This document shows positions 1 to 7,779 of a stretch of 33,481 nt of DNA, in pieces. Position 1 is the first letter of the stretch; the number at the start of each line of letters is the position of its first letter. Under the pieces are notes generated by a model. That model did no database searches. It saw only the letters and a list, made by a program, of their open reading frames with translations, and was not told the DNA's origin. The stretch is from Lysobacteraceae bacterium (GTDB lineage: Bacteria > Pseudomonadota > Gammaproteobacteria > Xanthomonadales > Xanthomonadaceae): assembly GCA_004173415.1 (NCBI GenBank), contig SEHC01000001.1, positions 1-33,481 of the forward strand, written 5' to 3'. Both the position numbers and the translations under genes were made by a program.

Positions 1-290
1 ACGAACGCGGCCGGGCCGTCGATGGAGCGGTCGACGTGGCTCTCGGCGGCGAAATTGACCACCGCCTCGGGGCGGTGCTCGGCCAGCAGGCGGGCGACCA
101 GCCCGGCATCGCCGATGTCTCCGTGGACGAACAGGTGGTCGGGGTTGCCGTCCAGCGGGGCCAGGGTGTCCAGGTTGCCGGCATAGGTCAGCGCGTCCAG
201 GTTGACGACCTTGATGCCCTGCTGCACCGCCTCGAGCACGAAGTTGCCGCCAATGAAACCGGCGCCGCCGGTGACCAACCAAGTTTTCAT
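1..290 (-). CDS. rmlB: dTDP-glucose 4,6-dehydratase, 5' part (runs off the window)
   Basis: Not in the ORF track. Manual translation from ATG at 290 gives MKTWLVTGGAGFIGGNFV...VVNLDALTYAGN...FVHGDIGD...VVNFAAESHVDRSIDGP, all RmlB hallmarks. An AGGAG RBS lies upstream. Confidence 0.95.
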   Translation of the reverse strand, partial: MKTWLVTGGAGFIGGNFVLEAVQQGIKVVNLDALTYAGNLDTLAPLDGNPDHLFVHGDIGDAGLVARLLAEHRPEAVVNFAAESHVDRSIDGPAAF

Positions 291-430
291 CCTGACTCCT
301 AGTCTGTAAGGGGTGTACGCGGGGCGCGCCAGCCTGGCCCGCAACCGCGCGGCATTGTACCGGGGGCGGATGAGCGGGCTTTAACGCGCGGTTCGCATGC
401 AAGGGGAAGCGCCTTGACGGAGCCCGGGGG

Positions 431-528
431 TCGCGGGCATGGCCCGTTCCTGCATGGATGCGGAGGTGACGGTGGTGGGTAGGAACCCGGACGGGTACGG
501 GTGGGTCGCGGGCATGGCCCGCTCCTAC
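431..528 (-). repeat. Two REP copies, family A (GTAGGAGCGGGCCATGCCCGCGA)
   Basis: tcgcgggcatggcccgttcctgc at 431 (degenerate) and tcgcgggcatggcccgctcctac at 506-528. The same unit occurs at 6375, ~7688 and 25999-26791. Confidence 0.85.
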
Positions 529-604
529 AGGGGTGCGGAGACCCGGGGGGCGGGCACGTCCCGCGCCTACGCCGGCGCGACAGGTTGGCGGCCGCGGCGG
601 GGCC

Positions 605-1914
605 TCAGTTGCGGCCGTAGACGTCTTCGAAGCGGACGATGTCGTCCTCGCCCAGGTAGCTGCCGGACTGCACCTCGATCAGCTCCAGCGGCACCCGGCC
701 GGGGTTCTCCAGCCGGTGCCGATCCAGTGTTCGGCGCGGTGGTGGTGCATCTGCAGGCTCAGCTGGGCGCCGGGCTTGACGGTGATGCGCTTGACCTGGA
801 AACGCTCGCCCAGGTCGATCGAATCGTAGCTGCCCCACGGCCGGTAGACCTTGCGGTGCCAGGTCGGCTCGGGCCGGCCGGCGGCCTTGAGCCCGGAGAC
901 GATGCGCTTGACCTCCTGGACGTGGTCGCGGTGGGCCACCAGGACCGCGTCGGCGGTGTCCACCACCACCACGTTCTCCAGCCCCAGCAGCGCGACCAGG
1001 CGGCCATCGCCCCAGGCCAGGGTGTTGCGGCAGCCATGGGCGACCACGTCGCCGTGGTGGGCGTTGCCGTCGCCATCCTGCTCGGCGATTTCCCACAGCG
1101 CCGCCCAGCTGCCGACGTCGTTCCAGCCCACCGAGATCGGCAGCACCGCGGCCAGCGCGGTCTTCTCCATCACCGCGTAGTCGATCGAATCGGAGGGGCA
1201 GGCGGCGAACGCCTCCTTGTCCAGGCGCACGAAGTCCTCGTCGCGACGGGCCGCGGCCAGCGAGGCGCGGCAGGCGGCCAGCATCTGCGGCTGCTGGCGC
1301 GCCAGTTCGGCCAGGTAGGCGCTGGCGCGGAACAGGAACATGCCGCTGTTCCAGAAGTATTCGCCGCTGGCCAGGTAGCGGGCGGCGGTGTCGGCGTCGG
1401 GCTTCTCGACGAACTCGGCCACGTCGCGCACGCCCTCGCCTTCGCCCGCACGGATGTAGCCATAGCCGGTTTCCGGCCCGGTGGGAACGATGCCGAAGGT
1501 GACCAGCCTGCCCTCGCCGGCGGCAGCTTCGGCCGCGCGCACCGCGGCCTGGAAGGCGGCCATATCCTTGATCACGTGGTCCGAGGGCAGCACCAGCAGC
1601 AGCGGGTCCTGGCCGTCGGCGGTGGCCTGCAGCGCGGCCACGGCGATGGCCGGGGCGGTGTTGCGGCCCACCGGTTCCAGCAGGATCGCGGCCGGGGTGC
1701 AGTCCACCTGGCGCAGCTGCTCGGCGACCATGAAGCGGTGTTCCTCGTTGGCCACGATCAGCGGCGCGGCCGAGGCCAGCGCCCGGACCCGCAGCCAGGT
1801 GGCCTGGAGCATGGTGTCCTTGCCGGCCAGGGCCAGGAACTGCTTGGGATAGGCTTCGCGCGACAGCGGCCACAGGCGGGTGCCGGAACCGCCGGACAGG
1901 ATGACTGGGATCAT
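605..1914 (-). pseudogene. manC: Mannose-1-phosphate guanylyltransferase/mannose-6-phosphate isomerase (ManC/XanB type) with an internal deletion and frameshift near 720
   Basis: 679..1914 has [39 protein letters not shown] and [10 protein letters not shown]. The normal C-terminus [31 protein letters not shown] is in another frame ending at 605. Only 2 nt separate HWI from HRL, where homologs have about 30 codons. Confidence 0.88.
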
Positions 1915-2000
1915 GGGGAGTCCTCTATTCAGGCCCCAAGGTTAACGTCCGCCGCCCAAGCCGTCATGCGAAGTTTTCCCGAAGCCGCCGCCCTGCCCTG

Positions 2001-2304
2001 GTGGAGCCGGGCTTGCCCGGCTGTTCCGCCTTGTAGGTCCGAGCTTGCTCGGATGCTCTCGGCGGAATCCTGCCGCCCCCGGCGCCCCGCCTTGTAGGTC
2101 CGAGCTTGCTCGGATGCTCTTGGCCAGCGTGCAAATCGAGCGAGTCCTTCGTCCGGATCGTCAGAATGGGAGGAAGAGCTCGCGGCTGGAAGCCGCTCCT
2201 ACAACGGGGTCGCGGTGGCGGGACGGAGAGCTCGCGGCTGGAAGCCGCTCCTACAAGGGTCGCGGTGGCGGGACCTAGAGCTCGCGGCTGGAAACCGCTC
2301 CTAC
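2001..2304. repeat. REP cluster: GTGGAGCCGGGCTTGCCCGGCT, 2x GTAGGTCCGAGCTTGCTCGGA, 3x inverted GTAGGAGCGGCTTCCAGCCGCGAG
   Basis: Copies at 2001; 2033 and 2094; 2179-2202, 2231-2254 and 2281-2304. Each is GTAG/GTGG followed by a short palindrome. Confidence 0.85.
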
Positions 2305-2366
2305 GGTTGCAGGACGACGCCTGGCACCTGATTGCCCACGGTCAGAGCGCTTGCTGCGGTTGATAC

Positions 2367-2388
2367 ATAGTCAACCCTGGTTGACTAT
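2367..2388. promoter_or_regulatory. Probable operator for TA autorepression
   Basis: Perfect inverted repeat ATAGTCAACC-CT-GGTTGACTAT ending 7 nt before the toxin ATG at 2396. Confidence 0.7.
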
Positions 2389-2395
2389 TGCACCG

Positions 2396-2695
2396 ATGCT
2401 CGGGACGTCAAAAGCAGCACCTTCGACACCTGGCTGCGCGGCCTTCGTGATCGTCAGGCAAAGGCGCGCATTGAAGTTCGCATCCGCCGATTGTCGCTTG
2501 AAAATCCCGGCCAGCACCGCAGCCTAAAGGGCGGCATCAGTGAGATGAAGATCGACTACGGACCTGGCTACCGGGTGTACTACACCTATCGCAACCTGAG
2601 CCTGGTTGCTCCTGTGTGGCGGTGACAAATCCACGCAGGACCAGGACATCAGGCTTGCGCAGCACATCTTCAAGCAATGGGAGGACCAGCCATGA
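2396..2695 (+). pseudogene. RelE/HigB-like addiction-module killer toxin, frameshifted
   Basis: Not in the ORF track. One frame reads STFDTWLRGLRDRQAKARIEVRIRRLSLENPG...GISEMKIDYGPGYRVYY and stops early. LLLCGGDKSTQDQDIRLA...EDQP* continues in another frame after ~2606. ATG 2396 is also out of frame with the body. The final TGA overlaps the antitoxin ATG. Confidence 0.85.
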
Positions 2696-3024
2696 CCCGA
2701 GTCAAAGAAACCTTCAGTCGTTACGACACGGCGGACTACCTGGAGAACGAAAAGGATATCGCGGCCTATCTCACCGCATGCGCAGCGGAGGATGATCCTG
2801 CCTTGTTGGTCGCCGCCCTGGGCGACATTGCCCGTGCCCGCAACATCACCCAGCTCGCCGAAAAGACCGGCATGACGCGCATGGGGCTATACAAGGCGCT
2901 CTCAGGACAGGGCAATCCAAGCTTTGCCACCGTCTCGAAAGTCGCCCATGCCCTTGGCCTGAAAATCACCGTGGCAGCGTCCGGCACTTCATCCAGGTCA
3001 AGGCTGCTTCGCGACAAGTCTTGA
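2692..3024 (+). CDS. Addiction-module antidote protein (HTH antitoxin, HI1420-like)
   Basis: FSRYDTADYL...IAAYL...ALGDIARARNITQLAEKTGMTRMGLYKALSGQGNPSFATVSKVAHALGLKI. GAGGA RBS and ATGA coupling with the toxin favour a start at 2692. Confidence 0.9.
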   Translation: MTRVKETFSRYDTADYLENEKDIAAYLTACAAEDDPALLVAALGDIARARNITQLAEKTGMTRMGLYKALSGQGNPSFATVSKVAHALGLKITVAASGTSSRSRLLRDKS

Positions 3025-3034
3025 TTGGCAACTC

Positions 3035-3254
3035 GTGGGAGCGGCTTCCAGCCGCGAGCTGTCCGGCAAGACTGCGGGATCCCATTGAAGAGCTCGCGGC
3101 TGGAAGCCGCTCCTACAAGGGGTCGCGGTGGCGGGAGGGAGGGCTCGCGGCTGGAAGCCGCTCCTACGGGGGTTGGGCCATGCAAAGGCCTTGTAGGTCC
3201 GAGCTTGCTCGGATGCACTAGGTGGGCGTTGTAGGTCCGAGCTTGCTCGGATGC
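3035..3254. repeat. REP cluster, including an inverted REP pair (REPIN-like)
   Basis: gtgggagcggcttccagccgcgag at 3035 pairs with the inverted copy at 3093-3116. Another inverted copy is at 3144-3167, and GTAGGTCCGAGCTTGCTCGGA at 3193 and 3231. Confidence 0.85.
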
Positions 3255-3446
3255 TCCTGGTGGGCGGTCCACCATGCGAAGGGCCGTCGGGAAAGCTCGA
3301 CTCCACGAAGCAGATCGGCTTGCGCAAGCGCTTGTTTCAGCCGGCAAATCGAGCGAGAAATAGTCCTGGCGCACCGCCAGCCCTGGCGCGGCTGGGGTAA
3401 AATTTGCGCACTGCACAAAGCCAACCGCCCAGGGACACGTTCCAGC

Positions 3447-4388
3447 ATGCAAAAGAACTCGAAGATCTTCGTCGCCGGACACCGTGGACTGGTCGGGGGC
3501 GCGATCGTCCGCCGCCTGCAGGCGCTGGGCTACGACAACCTGCTGCTGGCCGGGCGCGACCAGCTGGACCTGCAGGACCGCAACGCGGTCGAGGCGTTCT
3601 TCGCCGCCAACAAGCCCGAAGTGGTGATCCTGGCCGCGGCCAAGGTCGGCGGCATCCATGCCAACAACAGCTACCCGGCCGAATTCCTGCACGACAACCT
3701 GGTCCTGCAGAACAACGTCATCGATGCCGCCTACCGCCATGGCGCGGCCAAGCTGACCTTCCTCGGCTCCTCGTGCATCTACCCCAAGCTGGCCCCGCAG
3801 CCGATCAAGGAGGAGTACCTGCTGACCGGTCCGCTGGAACCGACCAACGAGTGGTACGCCATCGCCAAGATCGCCGGGATCAAGCTGTGCCAGGCCTATC
3901 GCCGCCAGTACGGCTTCAATGCGATCAGCCTGATGCCGACCAACCTGTACGGCCCCGGCGACAACTTCGACCTGCAGAATTCGCACGTGCTGCCGGCGCT
4001 GATCCGCAAGTTCCACGAGGCCCGGGCCAACGGCGACCACGAAGTGGTGATGTGGGGCACCGGCACCCCGCGCCGCGAGTTCCTGCACGTGGACGACATG
4101 GCCGCGGCCACGGTGTTCCTGACCGAGACCTACGAGGGCGAGGACATCGTCAACGTCGGCGTCGGCGATGACATCAGCATCCGCGAGCTGGCGGAGATGG
4201 TGAAGGAGATCACCGGTTTCGAAGGCCGGATCGTCAACGACGCCAGCAAGCCCGACGGCACCCCGCGCAAGCTGCTCGACGTCGGCCGCCTGCACGGCCT
4301 GGGCTGGAAGGCGCAGATCCCGCTGCACCAGGGCATCACCGGGACCTACCGCTGGTTCCTGCAGCACCACGCCGAGGCGCGGCTGTAA
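3447..4388 (+). CDS. fcl: GDP-L-fucose synthase
   Basis: [82 protein letters not shown]. Start trimmed from 3222 to ATG 3447. Confidence 0.95.
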   Translation: MQKNSKIFVAGHRGLVGGAIVRRLQALGYDNLLLAGRDQLDLQDRNAVEAFFAANKPEVVILAAAKVGGIHANNSYPAEFLHDNLVLQNNVIDAAYRHGAAKLTFLGSSCIYPKLAPQPIKEEYLLTGPLEPTNEWYAIAKIAGIKLCQAYRRQYGFNAISLMPTNLYGPGDNFDLQNSHVLPALIRKFHEARANGDHEVVMWGTGTPRREFLHVDDMAAATVFLTETYEGEDIVNVGVGDDISIRELAEMVKEITGFEGRIVNDASKPDGTPRKLLDVGRLHGLGWKAQIPLHQGITGTYRWFLQHHAEARL

Positions 4389-4561
4389 TCCTGCAGGAGC
4401 GGGCCTGCGCCGCGACGCGCTCCGGTGGGCCCGTGGGGGCGGGACGGAGAGCCCGTCCCCCAAGGGGACTTCCCTGGGGAGCCTGCAGAGCCCGCGTCAC
4501 GGGGCGCTGCTGCAAGGGCCTCGCGGGCAAGGCCGGCTCGCAAGTATTCGATTGTTAAATA

Positions 4562-4592
4562 GCAAATAAGTATCCCTATCCGCATTATTTGC
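4562..4592. promoter_or_regulatory. Possible operator in the AT-rich hipA promoter region
   Basis: GCAAATAA-N15-TTATTTGC inverted repeat inside an AT-rich island (about 4541-4615) just upstream of ATG 4625. Confidence 0.45.
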
Positions 4593-4624
4593 CATTTTGA
4601 TGGATCATCCTTACAGTCCTGGCC

Positions 4625-5914
4625 ATGACCATCGCCCGCATCGAGCTTCATCGCGACGGCCAGTGGATCCCGGCGGCGACGCTGGAACCGCTGGGCAATG
4701 ATCGTGCCCGGGTGGATTACCTGCCCGAGTACATCTTCTCCGACGCGCCCTGGCCGGTCTCGCTGGGCCTGCCGGTCGGCTTCGCCCCGCCGGCGGCGCA
4801 CGCTGCCGGGCGGGCCCCGGCGTTCCTGTACGACCTGGTCCCGCAGGGCAAGGGGCGTCGCCTGCTGCTGCAGTTGCTGGGCCTGCACGACCATGACGGG
4901 CTGGTGCTGCCGCTGGTCATGGCCGGCGCGTTCAACCCGGTCGGGCACCTGCGCCTGGACACCGCGGTGGCGTTCTACGAAGACCACCTGCGCCGCAACC
5001 CGCCGCCGGCAGCCGCGGGCCGCGGCTTCACCGTCGAGGAACTGGTCGAGCGACGCGAGCATGCGCTGGAGCACCTGTCCGCGCACGCCATGCTCGCCTC
5101 CGGCACCACCGGCGTGCAGGGCGCGGCGCCCAAATACCTGCTGGCCGAGGATGCCGACGGCCGCCTGCACGCCGACCTCTCGCTGGCCGACGCCGACGCC
5201 CGCGCGCACTGGCTGGCCAAGGGTCCGCGCGGCCACGGCGACGACGACCGCCGGGTCCTGCGCAACGAGGCTGCCTACCTGCGCGTGGCCGCCGCCTGCG
5301 GCCTGCACGTGCATGCGCCCGAACAGGTGCGCCACCAGGGCGAGCTGCTGTTCGTGCGCCGCTTCGACCGCCAGGTGGACGCCACCGGTACGGTGCGGCT
5401 GGCCCAGGAAAGCCTGGCCAGCCTGGCCGGCCTGCAGGGGTTCGGCCTGCCCTGCCGGCTCAACACCCTGCTGGCGGCGCTGCGCCGGCACAGCAGCGAT
5501 CCGCTGGCCGACACCATCGAGTTCCTGCGCCGCGACGTGCTCAACCAGGCCATGCGCAACACCGACAACCACGCCCGCAACCACGCCGTGCAGCGCCTGC
5601 CCGACGGCCGCGTGCGGCTGACGCCGCTGTTCGACTTCGCGCCCATGTTCCTGGATCCCGAGCTGATCCCGCGCAGCCTGTCGTGGGCCGATGCCGGCGA
5701 CGTGCGCCTGCACGACTGGCGGCAGGTGGTGCCCGCGCTGGACGTGCCCGATGCCGAGCGCGTTGCGATCGTCGAGGCGCTCGGCGGATTCGCCGGCACC
5801 GTGGCCGCGTTGCCCGACACCATGCGCGCGCACGGGGTGGAGGCCGGGGTCATCGAGGCCTGCCGGGCCAGCATCGACGCCCAGGCCACGCAACTGGCCG
5901 GGTTGCCACGCTGA
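4625..5914 (+). CDS. hipA: HipA-family Ser/Thr kinase toxin
   Basis: N-terminal PVSLGLP and AFLYDLVPQGKGR. Gly-loop GVQGAAPK, NEAAYL, RRFDR, catalytic NTDNHARN and LTPLFDFAPM. Confidence 0.88.
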   Translation: MTIARIELHRDGQWIPAATLEPLGNDRARVDYLPEYIFSDAPWPVSLGLPVGFAPPAAHAAGRAPAFLYDLVPQGKGRRLLLQLLGLHDHDGLVLPLVMAGAFNPVGHLRLDTAVAFYEDHLRRNPPPAAAGRGFTVEELVERREHALEHLSAHAMLASGTTGVQGAAPKYLLAEDADGRLHADLSLADADARAHWLAKGPRGHGDDDRRVLRNEAAYLRVAAACGLHVHAPEQVRHQGELLFVRRFDRQVDATGTVRLAQESLASLAGLQGFGLPCRLNTLLAALRRHSSDPLADTIEFLRRDVLNQAMRNTDNHARNHAVQRLPDGRVRLTPLFDFAPMFLDPELIPRSLSWADAGDVRLHDWRQVVPALDVPDAERVAIVEALGGFAGTVAALPDTMRAHGVEAGVIEACRASIDAQATQLAGLPR

Positions 5915-6378
5915 TGCCGCGCAACCCGCCCCGCCCCGACCCGGCCACCGCCCGCGCCCAGCTCGACGCGCTCTACAAGGGGCTGGCCGACGGCAGCCTG
6001 GACCTGGCCGCGGCGGTGCGCCGCATGCGCCACCTCAGCGGCCTGACCCAGCCGCAATTCGCCCACCACCGCGGCCTCAGCGTGCAGGCCCTGCGCCAGG
6101 TCGAATCCGGCAAGGGCAACCCCACGGTGGCGACGCTCAACGCGATCGCCGGGGTGTTCGGCCTGAAGGTCGGATTGGTCCCCCTGTCCCCCCAGGGGAC
6201 TTCCTCCGGGGCGCCCCCCAAGGGGACTTCCTCCGGGGCGTCCCCCAAGGGGACTTCCTCCGGGGCGCCCCCCGGGGGGACTTCCTTCGGGGCGCCCCCC
6301 GAGGGGACTTCCTCCGGGGCGCCCCCCGAGGGGACTTCCTCCGGGGCGCCCCCCAAGGGGACTTCCTCCGGGGCGTAG
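5914..6378 (+). CDS. XRE/HipB-like HTH antitoxin with a repeat-encoded C-terminal tail
   Basis: ATG 5914 overlaps the hipA TGA. VRRMRHLSGLTQPQFAHHRGLSVQALRQVESGKGNPTVATLNAIAGVFGL is an XRE HTH, followed by seven [SP]PxGTS[SF]GA units. Confidence 0.85.
   Translation: MPRNPPRPDPATARAQLDALYKGLADGSLDLAAAVRRMRHLSGLTQPQFAHHRGLSVQALRQVESGKGNPTVATLNAIAGVFGLKVGLVPLSPQGTSSGAPPKGTSSGASPKGTSSGAPPGGTSFGAPPEGTSSGAPPEGTSSGAPPKGTSSGA
6187..6375 (+). repeat. 27-bp tandem repeat x7 (CCCCCCAAGGGGACTTCCTCCGGGGCG)
   Basis: Units start at 6187, 6214, 6241, 6268, 6295, 6322 and 6349 with few substitutions. One related copy lies at 4456-4479. Confidence 0.95.
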
Positions 6379-6397
6379 GAGCGGGCCATGCCCGCGA
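6375..6397 (+). repeat. REP, family A
   Basis: GTAGGAGCGGGCCATGCCCGCGA. Its TAG (6376-6378) is the stop codon of the HTH gene. Confidence 0.9.
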
Positions 6398-6523
6398 CGC
6401 TCTGGGCCATGGACCCGCAGGTGCACGGGGCGGCGCTCGCGGGAGCGACCGAGGGGTGCTCCTGCCTGCTACCGCAGGGGAACCCGCGAATCTCGCTGTC
6501 GGATGATCCAGTGACCGAGTCGA

Positions 6524-6795
6524 GCGAATTCGGCTTACCGACCAGCCAATTCCGCTTACCGGCCAGCCAATCCGGCTTACCCGCCAGCCAATTCCGCTTA
6601 CCGTCCTGCCAATCCGGCTTACCGGCCAGCCAACTCCGCTTACCGGTCAGCCAATCCCGCTTACCGGCCAGCCAACTCCGCTTACCGGCCAGCCAACCCG
6701 GTTTACCGGCCTGCCATTCCCGCTTACCGGCCAGCCAATCCGGCTTACCCGCCAGCCGAATCCGCTTACCAGCCAGCCATTCCCGCTTACCAGCC
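6524..6795. repeat. 21-bp tandem repeat x13 (CTTACCGGCCAGCCAATTCCG-like)
   Basis: TTACC recurs every 21 nt from 6535 to 6787 with no indels. Variation is mostly in the 4-5 nt before GCTTACC. Confidence 0.95.
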
Positions 6796-6856
6796 CATCC
6801 TTGCGCCCGGGCCGCGCGCCCTGCCCCCCTGCTTAACCCCGCAATCGCCGCCCATG

Positions 6857-6886
6857 AAAAAGGCCTGGCGCTTGCGCGCCAGGCCT
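6857..6886 (-). terminator. Rho-independent terminator
   Basis: AGGCCTGGCGC-gcaa-GCGCCAGGCCT followed by a T run on the minus strand, 30 nt after the stop at 6917. Confidence 0.85.
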
Positions 6887-6916
6887 GTGGCCGGTGGGGT
6901 TGGGCGGCCGGGGTGC

Positions 6917-7402
6917 TCAGGCCGGTTCGGCGCCTTCTTCGGGGCTGTCGTTCTTGCGGCCCTTGTAGGGGAAGCGGCTGCGGCCCAGGGCCCTGAATTC
7001 GCGTTCCAGGCCGTGGCTCTTGCCCGAGACGCGGAGCAGGCCGTAGCCCTCCAGGACGGTGGCGAAGATGTCGGCGCCCAGTGCGGTCTCGGTGTCGGTG
7101 CCGCGGTCCAGCAGCAGGCGCAGGCGCGCGAGGCGGGGCCGCAATGCATCCAGGGCGGCCATGTCGGCCAAGGCCTCGGGCAGGCCCAGGCCTTCGTTGA
7201 CGATCTTCGGATTCTGGGACAGGACGGTCAGGGTGGAACGGCAGAAGACTTCGGACTTGTCGCCCATCTTGAAGAGGTCGCGGCGCTGGTCGACGGGAAG
7301 GGCGACCAGGTCTTCCAGTTCGGCTTCCAGGGAGGCCAGGGCGGCGTCGATGGCAGTCAGGCGGGCGGCGTCGAATACGATCGAGACGAGGTTCTGGTTC
7401 AC
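6917..7402 (-). CDS. Hypothetical alpha-helical protein (QNLVS...KMGDKSEVFCR...LGAD...GYGLL)
   Basis: Normal amino-acid composition and its own terminator. AAGGAG lies 7 nt before GTG 7402, which fits better than ATG 7408. No function recognised. Confidence 0.8.
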   Translation of the reverse strand: MNQNLVSIVFDAARLTAIDAALASLEAELEDLVALPVDQRRDLFKMGDKSEVFCRSTLTVLSQNPKIVNEGLGLPEALADMAALDALRPRLARLRLLLDRGTDTETALGADIFATVLEGYGLLRVSGKSHGLEREFRALGRSRFPYKGRKNDSPEEGAEPA

Positions 7403-7593
7403 GTGCATGCTCCTTTGCTTTCCATGTGGTTGGGTCCGGGGCCAGCGCGGCAGGTTGGGTGGCCGTGGTCCGGACTGCGGTTCGCTCCGCCGCTTCCTTG
7501 CGGGTGGGTCTGGTCGTGGTGGGAAGCGACCGGAGCTGGAGCAAGTCTGCTAGGAGAGAACCGGGCGCCGCCATCAGCCAACGCCCCGCCGTC

Positions 7594-7712
7594 GTGTCAG
7601 GAAATCCCTACCCCGTGCAGGACCAGGCCATGCCCGCAACCACGGTCAGGCAAGGCCGCATCGCCGTGTCAGGAAATCCCTACCCCCGTAGGAGCGGGCC
7701 ATGCCCGCGACC
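7594..7712 (+). repeat. Two ~72-bp-period units: GTGTCAGGAAATCCCTACCCC plus a REP A copy
   Basis: Identical 21-mer at 7594 and 7666. The first is followed by a degenerate REP and the second by an intact one. Confidence 0.75.
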
Positions 7713-7779
7713 GTGCGTGCGGACGCGCCAGCGCCCTGCCCGGCCGGGGTTCTGCGTCTGCAAGGCGGCTAGCCGGAAA

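Noticed and set aside
36-302. 88-aa plus-strand ORF
   Set aside because: Antisense shadow of the rmlB N-terminus.
680-740. Programmed frameshift in manC
   Set aside because: There is no slippery sequence, and conserved residues are physically absent, so recoding could not restore the domain.
6187-6795. CRISPR interpretation of the 27-bp and 21-bp arrays
   Set aside because: The units are contiguous with no unique spacers.
5973-7574. 533-aa minus-strand ORF spanning both tandem arrays
   Set aside because: It overlaps the 6917..7402 gene out of frame, crosses that gene's terminator, and stays open only through stop-free repeats.
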